Virus record (IMG/VR): IMGVR_UViG_2706796186_000001
Coordinates: 128,001-192,000 of that record
Direction: 5' to 3' (one strand)
DNA from: a virus
Lineage: Duplodnaviria; Caudoviricetes
Length of the DNA stretch: 64,000 bases
Shown: piece by piece, positions 29,217 to 37,890 of the stretch
Layout of the letters: every line of letters begins with the position of its first letter
Numbering within the stretch: the stretch's first letter is position 1
Translations under genes and position numbers: made by a program
The notes under the pieces: model-generated
Told to the model about the DNA's origin: nothing
The model's input: the letters and a program-made list of their open reading frames with translations, nothing else
The model's database searches: none

Positions 29217-29258
29217 CTACCTCTCCTTCACGGGAGAGGTAGTGGTTTTACTTTTTTT
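29217..29258. terminator. bidirectional intrinsic terminator
   Basis: ctacctctcc..ggagaggtag stem with T tracts, between convergent genes. Confidence 0.8.
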
Positions 29259-29260
29259 GC

Positions 29261-29470
29261 TTATTCAGCTTTGTAGACGATGGCGCTACCGTGCTGGGTG
29301 TTGTTGCCGGAGATACCGACCACCTTGAAGGCATCGCCGCCTGCTTCTTCGGCTTTCTTAGCCAGCGCGGCAGTTACGTCATCAACAGTCGAACCGGTAG
29401 CGCTGACGTTACCGATTTTCTTGTAGTTGGACGGAATGGTTTCTGCGCTTGCGAACTCTTTAATGCTCAT
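29261..29470 (-). CDS. YdgH/BhsA/McbA (DUF1471) family protein lacking a signal peptide
   Basis: IGNVSATGSTVDDVTAALAKKAEEAGGDAFKVVGISGNNTQHGSAIVYK follows the DUF1471 pattern; RBS gagga. Confidence 0.8.
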   Translation of the reverse strand: MSIKEFASAETIPSNYKKIGNVSATGSTVDDVTAALAKKAEEAGGDAFKVVGISGNNTQHGSAIVYKAE

Positions 29471-29531
29471 TACAAAATCCTCTTTCTGATTAAAGGCACA
29501 ATGCCATGTAGCATAATAACAGGCCAGAACG

Positions 29532-29568
29532 TAAAAAGAAAAGAACCCTACTCCGAAGAGTAGGGGTT
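29532..29568 (-). terminator. intrinsic terminator
   Basis: Minus strand ccctactc-ttcg-gagtaggg followed by a T-rich tract. Confidence 0.8.
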
Positions 29569-29722
29569 TCCCATGGCTTTAATTTAGACCGAGGTCTGCC
29601 ATGCCTATTGTGAACATCTTCAAATTAGCGCGGAAAAAAGTGGCTGCTTAACAAGACGGGGTTTAATGTCGTCGAGTATTCGACAGCTATGACGTTTGTC
29701 ATAATAGACAGGTGTCTTGTAA

Positions 29723-30670
29723 TTAATGTGGTTTAGACACATCTTTACCGTCACCTTGTTCGGTGTGCGTGTGGACAGAGAACGTGATGTTGGCAATCTT
29801 CGCATCACTCACAGTGAACATACCTACACCTTCACCCGTGCCGCCATACAGGAAGTCTTTCCCGACTTCGACATTGCCGGTGAATTTGGACTTCGGTGAG
29901 TCAACCAACCAGTCTTGCGTTTTGAACGTGGCCGACTTACCAGCGGTCACATCCCAGACATCACACTTCCCTTTAATGAGTTTCGATTCCATGTTTATCG
30001 ATTTCTTCGAGAACATGAAGATGTCTTCTTTGTTCATGTTGATTTTCGATAGCATGGCATTCTCAAACCCAAGGTCATACTCCAGTGAGTTCATGTAATA
30101 CTGGTTCCCGAGGTGGTCACGGCATATCCACGTACCGTCGCGGGTGTTGAACTGATGGATGTAAGCGGCCTTCTCTCCGTTCATCATCGAGGTGCGCAAG
30201 GTGATGTGTCCGTCCATCGGTGAATAGTTCACGACGTAGGCGTTCGACAGGTCATCTGCCATCATGTTGTTCGGGTCGGCCGAGAAGGCGAAGATAGCAT
30301 CCTCTAATCTCTTCACGTTTGCCGTGTTCAGGTCAACCCAAAAGAAGATGTCCGTTTCACCCAAACGGTAAATGAGCACTTGGTCTTCTTTGCGGACGTT
30401 CGGGGAGTTGACCCGGTTGGAGTTGAACCTCCACCACCGGGCGGTAATGGTGTTCCCCTCTTTAACTTTTAAGTTGTCAGTTGCGGTGCCCGTGGAGTGG
30501 GATTTTTCTGTTTCCATCTCTTGGACAGCAACCTTGGTCGGTTCCATGAAGCTGACTTCAATGGGAATGATTCTCACGATATCGGTTTTCCGAGCTTTGT
30601 CTTCGGCAACGATACCCAGAGAATAGAAATGGACTTGAGACTTTTCCACGTTTACCTCCTCGGTTCTCAT
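29723..30670 (-). CDS. baseplate central spike (gp5/gpV-like)
   Basis: OB-fold-like N-terminus, beta-helix-like repeats, and a C-terminal metal-binding HTH motif (VHTHTEQGDG) typical of contractile-tail spikes. Confidence 0.7.
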   Translation of the reverse strand: MRTEEVNVEKSQVHFYSLGIVAEDKARKTDIVRIIPIEVSFMEPTKVAVQEMETEKSHSTGTATDNLKVKEGNTITARWWRFNSNRVNSPNVRKEDQVLIYRLGETDIFFWVDLNTANVKRLEDAIFAFSADPNNMMADDLSNAYVVNYSPMDGHITLRTSMMNGEKAAYIHQFNTRDGTWICRDHLGNQYYMNSLEYDLGFENAMLSKINMNKEDIFMFSKKSINMESKLIKGKCDVWDVTAGKSATFKTQDWLVDSPKSKFTGNVEVGKDFLYGGTGEGVGMFTVSDAKIANITFSVHTHTEQGDGKDVSKPH

Positions 30671-30932
30671 ATTACCCCTTTTTTACGTCTGATCCGTTTG
30701 ATGTGTCGAAGGGAAACCGTCGGGGGAAAGGGGGGATCTGTGTGAGGATTGCATAGATCAACGGAGGTAGCGTCCCTGCTACCGACACCCTTTATTCTTT
30801 TTGTCTTGACCTTGCCCTATTCTTTTTTACACCAGTGGGCAGTCGTATGGCATTGAGCCATACGGATACCGTTTTCGTTTCCCGATTAGGGGTCGTCGGT
30901 TATCCTTTCTTCCTTTTTCAGAGGTATTAGAA

Positions 30933-31640
30933 ATGAGCAGAATCAATTACAACTTCGACTTTAAGCTGGGTGCTAAGTTATTAGAAGAGAACGTCCTTCG
31001 TGCCCCGAATTCCCACTGGCGGCTAAAGTTCGGTAAGCTCCTGTCCGAATCCGGGTTACGTGCGATTGCCTCACCGTACTACCAGATAGACGAACTTGTG
31101 TCGGTGGTGCCATGCGAAGACCGTGAGGGGGGTGCGCTAATTCTCGAACTCAACAACAACGAGTACCTCCGGCAGTTAGAGAACCACTACGCGAAAATGC
31201 TCATGACTGCGTACGATGTCACGGATAAGAAAGTCTCGGTTGGGAATATGCAATCCAAAGTCATTATCCGACAGCACGGCAACTCTAACACGGCTGTTGT
31301 GCTTGAGCTGTGGGTTAGCGGTAACATTAATGACGGGCACCCACAAGGCGTGAAGCCGTTTACGGAGTGCTTTGTGTTTGAAGCGTCTATGGAACGCGAT
31401 CCGTACCCGACCGGGACAACCGACTTTGGTACCGACGAAGAACGTATTCCTGATGTACAGGAGCGCAGCATCAACTCGCCGGTCTATCTGGTACAGGCCC
31501 AAAACGTGAAAACCATCTTTGGCGTGGGGGCAAAAGAAAACCCGGAACGCATTTACGTGATGGCCCGTTGGGCAGGTTGGAGTGAAGTGAAATTCTACGG
31601 CGGTCAGGTTCTCCTGATAGCGAAGCTGTCTATCGGTTAA
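30933..31640 (+). CDS. hypothetical protein, paralogue array member 1
   Basis: RBS gagg. C-terminal PYP..PVYLV..GW..GGQVLLI motif shared with the next two genes. Confidence 0.7.
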   Translation: MSRINYNFDFKLGAKLLEENVLRAPNSHWRLKFGKLLSESGLRAIASPYYQIDELVSVVPCEDREGGALILELNNNEYLRQLENHYAKMLMTAYDVTDKKVSVGNMQSKVIIRQHGNSNTAVVLELWVSGNINDGHPQGVKPFTECFVFEASMERDPYPTGTTDFGTDEERIPDVQERSINSPVYLVQAQNVKTIFGVGAKENPERIYVMARWAGWSEVKFYGGQVLLIAKLSIG

Positions 31641-31644
31641 CCTT

Positions 31645-31678
31645 GTGGGGCTTCGGCCCCACTCTGATTATATTTTTT
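31645..31678 (+). terminator. intrinsic terminator
   Basis: gtggggc-ttcg-gccccac followed by a T-rich tract. Confidence 0.7.
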
Positions 31679-31703
31679 CTCAGATATATATTACTTAGGT
31701 GAG
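31679..31703 (+). promoter_or_regulatory. putative virion-RNAP early promoter
   Basis: ctcagatatatattacttaggtgag contains the phiKZ early motif TATATTAC; near-identical copy at 34746. Confidence 0.75.
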
Positions 31704-31748
31704 ATTGCATTCGTAATCTTTAATCTATTGACTTTCGAGGAATTCATT

Positions 31749-32366
31749 ATGCCTAAAATTACCATGATGCACATCGCCCTTAATGCACTGCGCGGTACCC
31801 AGCGTATCGAGTCGTTAACTTATCCACTTTTGGACACCGCCGCTCGTATCTTCGGTACGGGAATGGTGTATCAACACGACTGGGTGGGTAACGACAAACG
31901 TGAAGAAGTGTACGACACCGACAGCGAACATTGCCGTCAACTTCGTGAACTACTTCGTACTGCCGCAGAAGAAACCGGACTGAATACGCTGCTGCCTAAC
32001 GGTAAGGTGACTGTCCATGTGTCAGATAGTAAGGACATGCCTGACTACGAACCCGTGATACATTTGGATTGTATTCGCGTCTCTGTAGTGGTTTATAACG
32101 ACACTGATACCGTGTCTTTTAATACCATCATGCGGCCTGCGGAAGGTGTTGAAGTGACAACACGCGAACTGGAATGGGATCGTAAACCGTTCCCTTGTCC
32201 GGGAGACGCCACCACTCAGCGCCCAGTTTTACTGTTAGAGCATCATGACCTCATCGCCATGACAACCACCGAAACCAGCTTTAATGAGTTCATCAAGACC
32301 GCCGTGGATAAAGGTTGGCAAAACATCCAACGCTACGGTCAGCAAATTGTATTAATCAAACACTAG
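31749..32366 (+). CDS. hypothetical protein, paralogue array member 2
   Basis: ATG 31749 with RBS gagga. PFP..RPVLLL..GW..GQQIVLI. Confidence 0.7.
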   Translation: MPKITMMHIALNALRGTQRIESLTYPLLDTAARIFGTGMVYQHDWVGNDKREEVYDTDSEHCRQLRELLRTAAEETGLNTLLPNGKVTVHVSDSKDMPDYEPVIHLDCIRVSVVVYNDTDTVSFNTIMRPAEGVEVTTRELEWDRKPFPCPGDATTQRPVLLLEHHDLIAMTTTETSFNEFIKTAVDKGWQNIQRYGQQIVLIKH

Positions 32367-32383
32367 ACTATCGAGGATTAACC

Positions 32384-32989
32384 ATGTGCCAATTTCCAGA
32401 TGTAAACGATATTCTCAACGACCTTGAACGGGGTGCGGATGAAGTAGAGTACGCGGAGATTGCCCGCCTGCTTCCGAATGACACTTCCGATTTGTACGAG
32501 GTGGTTGAGCCGCGTAACGTGTTGTCGGTGAAGATTATCCGTGCACAAAGCGCTGGGTTTTCAAAGAACCTGCTCGGTGGGTTGTACGAAGCGATAAGCC
32601 GTAACAAACTTATCAGCAGTGCGCAGCTCAAAGTCGAAGCCACGACGATGCGCATTCGCCGTTACCGTCGTACTGTGCGGGTGCCGGGGGTGTCACTGTA
32701 TTACAAACCCAACATCTTCCCGGATGATAAAGGGCCGATTGAGATTCACCTTGTGTTACGGGACGGGTGGGAAGATACGTGGTTGGCTGTGGAACATGAC
32801 AAGTTCCCTTGTGCCGACGACGTAACACCTAACGAGCCGATGCGTCTGCTGGGAGCCAATGAACTACGTGCCATTTGCAGTGCGTTGATTCCTCGTGAAC
32901 ACCACGCGAAAGTGGTGGCGGATTTAGCGGTACAGTACGGCTGGCGTCGCGGGGTTCCCGCGGGTAATCAAGTGTGCTTAATCGGATGA
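32384..32989 (+). CDS. hypothetical protein, paralogue array member 3
   Basis: ATG 32384 with RBS gagga. KFP..EPMRLL..GW..GNQVCLI. Confidence 0.7.
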   Translation: MCQFPDVNDILNDLERGADEVEYAEIARLLPNDTSDLYEVVEPRNVLSVKIIRAQSAGFSKNLLGGLYEAISRNKLISSAQLKVEATTMRIRRYRRTVRVPGVSLYYKPNIFPDDKGPIEIHLVLRDGWEDTWLAVEHDKFPCADDVTPNEPMRLLGANELRAICSALIPREHHAKVVADLAVQYGWRRGVPAGNQVCLIG

Positions 32990-33531
32990 AAAATAAAATG
33001 ATTGTAAAACAAATGAACAGCGGCGAAGTCATGTTCAATTACGGCAAAGAATTTCCAGCCGTGCAGAAGTTACCTATCGCCGGGGAATATATCGTCTTTG
33101 AGGACGACTATAAACCGGCTGTTATCTTCAAACATGCCACGATGGCCGCCTCGCGGGTTTTCCTGCTGGAGGCTATCTTCACCACCAAAAATGAATTGCC
33201 CGTTCGTGACCTGCATGCGTTTTGTCCCGGTGGGCCAAAGCAATTCGCGGTTATCTTTGTTCTTCCTCTTTCACTTACGGTCGTGGATAGAGAACCGTCG
33301 GGTTCTATTTGTGCCCCCGATGGCGAGAACGGATACAAAGGGATTAGCGATGCGTTGATTTTGACTGATGCGCACCACTTCTCGAATGACGATATTGACA
33401 AGATACTGAAAGGCGCGGACGGCCGTAATGTGGTGGTCTGCTATTCCAGTGACGTTTTACGTACAAAAGCGCTTCGCCATCTGGCGGAGCAACACAACTA
33501 TTGTGTAGCAAAACACATCTATTCATTCTAA
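32986..33531 (+). CDS. hypothetical protein (weak resemblance to a degenerate thymidine-kinase-like fold)
   Basis: ATGA coupling to the upstream gene. DALILTDAHHF..VVVCY resembles TK Walker B region, but there is no Walker A. Confidence 0.55.
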   Translation: MKNKMIVKQMNSGEVMFNYGKEFPAVQKLPIAGEYIVFEDDYKPAVIFKHATMAASRVFLLEAIFTTKNELPVRDLHAFCPGGPKQFAVIFVLPLSLTVVDREPSGSICAPDGENGYKGISDALILTDAHHFSNDDIDKILKGADGRNVVVCYSSDVLRTKALRHLAEQHNYCVAKHIYSF

Positions 33532-33541
33532 GGAGCAAGAC

Positions 33542-34105
33542 ATGCGCTATGAAGCGTTTCACATCTGCAAACCTTCTACCTTTATTGAGTCACTGAAAGC
33601 AATGGAGGGCACCACCCTCGTTGAGATGCGCCCGACGTTCTACACAGCGACTCGTGAAGGGGCGCAAAAGATTGCCAAGCAGTACGGCAGCGTGACAATC
33701 ATCCCGGTCACACTCGCTTTGTCACGTCCGTTCATTAATGCACCGGATGCGTCACGAATCACACTCGACTGGTTCTATGAGTTTCTGCCAGGTTATAAGG
33801 TGCTTGCGATCGCAGGTCGTTTTGAGCACCTTTTAGTCAACACCAGCCGCTGGCAGGAACTTGAAGCCAGTTATGGGACACCACTCACGCTGTCTTCCCT
33901 TTACGACCGAAGCCTTCAGGACTTCCTGACGTTACCTTTAGAAATCTGTGCATTAGCCGAAGACGGCGCGATACGGAACATGGTCTCGTCAATGGGGTAC
34001 GATGGTTTCATCTATGGCGGCAGTGGCGATGCAGAAGGGGAAGTGATTTACTATCCCCTGAACACCGCCGGGATTCGCTATGGCAGTGAAGAAATGGTGA
34101 GTTAA
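33542..34105 (+). CDS. putative ADP-ribosyltransferase-fold protein (ART-PolyVal-like)
   Basis: RBS aaggag. AFH...FYTAT..A...IPVTLAL.RPF...GYDGFIY...EVIYYPL pattern. Confidence 0.5.
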   Translation: MRYEAFHICKPSTFIESLKAMEGTTLVEMRPTFYTATREGAQKIAKQYGSVTIIPVTLALSRPFINAPDASRITLDWFYEFLPGYKVLAIAGRFEHLLVNTSRWQELEASYGTPLTLSSLYDRSLQDFLTLPLEICALAEDGAIRNMVSSMGYDGFIYGGSGDAEGEVIYYPLNTAGIRYGSEEMVS

Positions 34106-34109
34106 GTCG

Positions 34110-34133
34110 CGGGGACGTTGTCCCCGATTTTTT
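34110..34133 (+). terminator. intrinsic terminator
   Basis: cggggac-gtt-gtccccg followed by T6. Confidence 0.7.
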
Positions 34134-34165
34134 ACAACAGCAATCTATATTTTTAGGATAACATC

Positions 34166-34738
34166 ATGCTACAAATGCACAGCTATTTTGATACAGCTGA
34201 ATTGGAACGCCTGCAACGTGAGGGGAAGCTTCCCGTCGGGCTAACGCTGGGCAGTATTCAGAAATGCATGAGCAAAGGGGACGGGGTATTAATGTTATTC
34301 CGTTGTGCACGGTCATGGGACGTGAAAGCAGCCCTTGTCTCGTTGCCGATCGGTGAAACCAAAAATACCCGCAAGGTGTTGACTGCGTTTTGCTCTGTCA
34401 GTGAACTGCCTTCCGAGACGCTCTATTATCACCTCGAGTCCAACCACTTTGCCAGTGCCGAAGTCCATATTCCATCCTCAGCCTGTCTGTCAGATGACTT
34501 CCCGGATTGGGTGGTCTACCGTCATGTTCGTCAAGCGCCGGGTGTGCCTGATGAGATGCGGATTCTGGAACCGGGAATGGTTGATGTGGCGTTGGGGAAT
34601 CTTGACGACAACGAACGCCCCGAACGCATGGAAATCTTTGTGGCCCGTAAAGCCATTAAAGATGTCGGCAACAACATGCGTGGGTTAATTAAGCGCGGGT
34701 TCATCTCACGCAAGTTCATTTACCAGATCTCGCAGTAA
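34166..34738 (+). CDS. hypothetical protein
   Basis: 190-aa ORF with RBS agga. Confidence 0.65.
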   Translation: MLQMHSYFDTAELERLQREGKLPVGLTLGSIQKCMSKGDGVLMLFRCARSWDVKAALVSLPIGETKNTRKVLTAFCSVSELPSETLYYHLESNHFASAEVHIPSSACLSDDFPDWVVYRHVRQAPGVPDEMRILEPGMVDVALGNLDDNERPERMEIFVARKAIKDVGNNMRGLIKRGFISRKFIYQISQ

Positions 34739-34745
34739 AAATAAT

Positions 34746-34770
34746 CTCAGATATATATTACCTAGGTGAG
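34746..34770 (+). promoter_or_regulatory. putative virion-RNAP early promoter
   Basis: ctcagatatatattacctaggtgag, one mismatch to the 31679 copy. Confidence 0.75.
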
Positions 34771-34824
34771 AGTTAGCTATTAACTCTTGCCTTTCTTTCT
34801 TTTTATCACTTACAGGATAACATC

Positions 34825-35289
34825 ATGCACGATACAACGATCAACTCTACCCGTAAACTATTGGAACGCCGTAACGATATCGAGGCACATTTCAACAGCT
34901 TCAAAGACAAGCTGGGCGACCTGTGGAAAGTGGTACGTAGCGCAAACGGCGATGTGCGTAAGTATGACGAAACGTCCCCAGAAGTGGAGTTCGCGAGGAA
35001 CCTGCCAATGACGCTGCGTGTCCAATTCATGGACACCTTCGGCGACTGGGCAAACCGTTTCGCCGTTGATGTCATTGGCCAATTCAATTATGAAAAATTT
35101 GACATTGACATAGATGGCTGTATTCGTTCTGATGTGGGTCGTGTGGGTGATAGCGTGTACATTAACTTTACCGAAATCGCAAGCGGCATTTCGGTTCGCA
35201 TCGAACTGACCTACGTCGAAATCGCGGGCATGATCGCAGCCGGTTACAACTATAGCATCGAAGCTCCGCTGTTCTTTACTGTTTACTGA
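34825..35289 (+). CDS. hypothetical early protein
   Basis: 154-aa ORF with RBS agga, downstream of the early promoter. Confidence 0.65.
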   Translation: MHDTTINSTRKLLERRNDIEAHFNSFKDKLGDLWKVVRSANGDVRKYDETSPEVEFARNLPMTLRVQFMDTFGDWANRFAVDVIGQFNYEKFDIDIDGCIRSDVGRVGDSVYINFTEIASGISVRIELTYVEIAGMIAAGYNYSIEAPLFFTVY

Positions 35290-35347
35290 TTCCTTGTGGT
35301 GGCCCTCGCGGTCGCCGCATCCTTAACTTTTTTAAGAGAATGAAAAA

Positions 35348-35731
35348 ATGCGCAAGCTCCTCTCGACTATCGCGGTTGTATGTTTTGTACTGGCAGGTCT
35401 GTCTAAAGTAGTGGAAGCGAACGATACCACGTTCGACAAATTCAAGCCCGCGGATGATACCTATCCGATGGCTCCTGACGAACACGCGGAGTTGCTTCGA
35501 TTTCAAGGAAACATCTACGTGTACAAACTGGTGGGTGCAGATGGTAGCTGTCATGGAGTGGCCATTGCAAATGGTGATACCCGCTTCTACCAGCGTCTCG
35601 AAGATATCGGGTGTGACCCAGATGTCGACCATGTGTCCTTTGCCCCATCTGAACTAGATGGATACCAGATGTTGAACTTCTACAGTAAAACGGTCGCCGT
35701 AGGGCGGATCACAATTAAAGCTCAGGAGTAA
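35348..35731 (+). CDS. secreted/periplasmic Cys-pair protein 1
   Basis: Signal peptide MRKLLSTIAVVCFVLAGLSKVVEA; GADGSC..IAN..IGCDP. Confidence 0.7.
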   Translation: MRKLLSTIAVVCFVLAGLSKVVEANDTTFDKFKPADDTYPMAPDEHAELLRFQGNIYVYKLVGADGSCHGVAIANGDTRFYQRLEDIGCDPDVDHVSFAPSELDGYQMLNFYSKTVAVGRITIKAQE

Positions 35732-35735
35732 TATC

Positions 35736-36137
35736 ATGAAAGTTATCCTTACGCTGTTGGTTGCAACCCTGTTTAGTTTTGCCAATCTGTCTTACGCGAA
35801 CACCAAACCTCGGTACCCCGACCACATCACCTACGAAAAGACCAAGGTCTCCTTCTGGTGTCAGCGTGAGGATATCAAAGCCGGTGATTGCGACGTGGTC
35901 TCCATGACCCCGGACGAAGAGTGGGTGTCCGTCACCGGCACTCCGGGCACAGCGTGTGAAGATACCCCTATCGGTATCGTGAACCTGCGTACCGGCAAAG
36001 CACGCGATATCGATTACGACGGTGGGTGTAAAACTCAGACCCGTCCGCAGTTTGTACAGATGGCTGATGGCAAGATAGGCTTGCAGGTCGTCGATGTTAA
36101 AGCCAATTGGGCAATCACCACTGTTCCCCTGAACTAA
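35736..36137 (+). CDS. secreted/periplasmic Cys-pair protein 2
   Basis: Signal peptide MKVILTLLVATLFSFANLSYA; four Cys; GTAC..IVN..GGC. Confidence 0.7.
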   Translation: MKVILTLLVATLFSFANLSYANTKPRYPDHITYEKTKVSFWCQREDIKAGDCDVVSMTPDEEWVSVTGTPGTACEDTPIGIVNLRTGKARDIDYDGGCKTQTRPQFVQMADGKIGLQVVDVKANWAITTVPLN

Positions 36138-36147
36138 GGAAAGTCAC

Positions 36148-36537
36148 ATGCGCCACGCAGTTGCAGTCATCACCGGTTTCGTTTTCGCTTTAGCCGTTTC
36201 GTTTGTCCCTACCGCTTCCGCGTCAACGGATATCGGTGCTATCTTGCAGGAGATTCAGTATCAGTACAACCCGCCGGATTTCGGCGTGTGTGAAAATGGT
36301 ACCGTGGCGTGTAAAGAAGTCGGCAAAAAGGACGAGTTCATTCTCGTCCATGCTGACGGTGGCACCCAATGCCCTGCGGGATATTACTTCATCCTGAATT
36401 CCAAAGAAGGAATCATTGAGCCGGTCATTGCACCGACCTGTGACCCGTCTTTAAAGATTGGTTTCGCACACAGCAGTCGTGCCATCGAACTCGCCTTGTT
36501 TGGTAAAGTCTCAGGTACAGTTCCGCTTGACCGCTAA
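36148..36537 (+). CDS. secreted/periplasmic Cys-pair protein 3
   Basis: Signal peptide ending PTASA; four Cys; ADGGTQC..ILN..PTCDP. Confidence 0.7.
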   Translation: MRHAVAVITGFVFALAVSFVPTASASTDIGAILQEIQYQYNPPDFGVCENGTVACKEVGKKDEFILVHADGGTQCPAGYYFILNSKEGIIEPVIAPTCDPSLKIGFAHSSRAIELALFGKVSGTVPLDR

Positions 36538-36620
36538 CAGTTTGGCCCTGTAACGTTTTCCCCTAAGATGTTATCCTGGTTGCAGGGTCCTTTTTATTCT
36601 TGACTATCGAGGTTTATATC

Positions 36621-37166
36621 ATGATTACTTCTATTACCACAGCTGTCAATACCGCCCGTCGTTATTTCGAAGTGAAAACCGCGTACAACATTGATCGGTT
36701 CCGTTTCCAGTCAATGGTCTCCACTGCCCACAAACTGCTCACCCTGTCTGATGCGATTCGTCGTGACGGGGATGAGCAGGCGGTGGCGCTGGCAGAGAGT
36801 ATCAGCCATCACTGGTTTACCAAAACGCTGGGTTCTAGCCTGTTCGCCGAACACAAGGAAGCCTTCCTTGCAGTACAGTCGTGGATTTATGCGTCAGGCC
36901 ACCAGTTCGATGTGTCACAGAACCAGTACGCAACCGATGAGTATTGTCAACATATTCTGGTCTTACCACCTGCTACCTCGACGCCAAAGATTCTGAACAT
37001 GACCAATTCAGAAATGGCGTTACCGGATTTCGTGCGCTCGGAAATGCACAAAAAGGCAAACGGTGTGCTGCAAATTGGCAAGCGTCGTTTACCTATCTTC
37101 GATTTTACTCGCCGTGAGTGTGGACCGTCGTACAATATCGTGAGCGGATATTGGCCGACTGTCTAA
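36621..37166 (+). CDS. hypothetical protein
   Basis: ATG 36621 with RBS gagg. Confidence 0.65.
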   Translation: MITSITTAVNTARRYFEVKTAYNIDRFRFQSMVSTAHKLLTLSDAIRRDGDEQAVALAESISHHWFTKTLGSSLFAEHKEAFLAVQSWIYASGHQFDVSQNQYATDEYCQHILVLPPATSTPKILNMTNSEMALPDFVRSEMHKKANGVLQIGKRRLPIFDFTRRECGPSYNIVSGYWPTV

Positions 37167-37171
37167 GTCGC

Positions 37172-37205
37172 AGAGGGTGGGGGCTATTGCCCACCCTCTT
37201 TTTTT
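37172..37205 (+). terminator. intrinsic terminator
   Basis: agagggtggg..cccaccctct followed by a T run. Confidence 0.8.
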
Positions 37206-37224
37206 GCCCAAAAAAGGAACCATT

Positions 37225-37800
37225 ATGCTTGACCAACAACTGTTAACCGCTTTACGTGTACTGGAAATTCAAGAGTCCCTCAAGAACGGCACCAGTGCCT
37301 TTATGATGGGTTGTTCAAAAGAGACCTTTGATCTGTTCCGTCAACACCCGACGTTAGGTCCGTGGATGGAGCAGAAGTATCCGCATACGCTGGCCGCGAT
37401 TGATGCGTACTACGAAGAACCCGAAGACGAGCGGAACATACACGAAGACCCGTTCCGTTATCTGACCAATCAGGAAATGCCGGTGCGGGTGATGTTGGTG
37501 TCTAATACAGAGAACACCATCGAGTGTGAGTTCCCGGACTGGGGTAACGGTAAATCTCGTGTGGTGGTGATTCGTAATCCTGTCGGCCATCAGAAAGTCG
37601 GGGCACCGGGTACCCTTTATGATTTCCAAAATCCTTCCTCGCCGTATATCGTTCCGGTCTTCTTAGGCGATAAGGCACCGCTCTATACACACGACCTCGC
37701 CGTCATGATGACTCAGGTTACATTGGAACTATTACAGTCGGATGAAGGTGTTGCGTGGAGTAACATTTTGGCAACGCGTTCAAAAGACGTGAATGCCTGA
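37225..37800 (+). CDS. hypothetical protein
   Basis: ATG 37225 with RBS aagga. Confidence 0.65.
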   Translation: MLDQQLLTALRVLEIQESLKNGTSAFMMGCSKETFDLFRQHPTLGPWMEQKYPHTLAAIDAYYEEPEDERNIHEDPFRYLTNQEMPVRVMLVSNTENTIECEFPDWGNGKSRVVVIRNPVGHQKVGAPGTLYDFQNPSSPYIVPVFLGDKAPLYTHDLAVMMTQVTLELLQSDEGVAWSNILATRSKDVNA

Positions 37801-37803
37801 CGT

Positions 37804-37836
37804 GGTGGCCTTCGGGCCACCTCTCTTAATTTTTTT
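37804..37836 (+). terminator. intrinsic terminator
   Basis: ggtggcc-ttcg-ggccacc followed by a T-rich tract. Confidence 0.75.
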
Positions 37837-37890
37837 ACGTGAGTATTAATGATTATGAAATAACTACAACTAATTCATTAGGACCTCGCG

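Noticed and set aside
32986-33531. Functional thymidine kinase
   Set aside because: There is no Walker A or zinc-binding motif; only a weak resemblance around Walker B.
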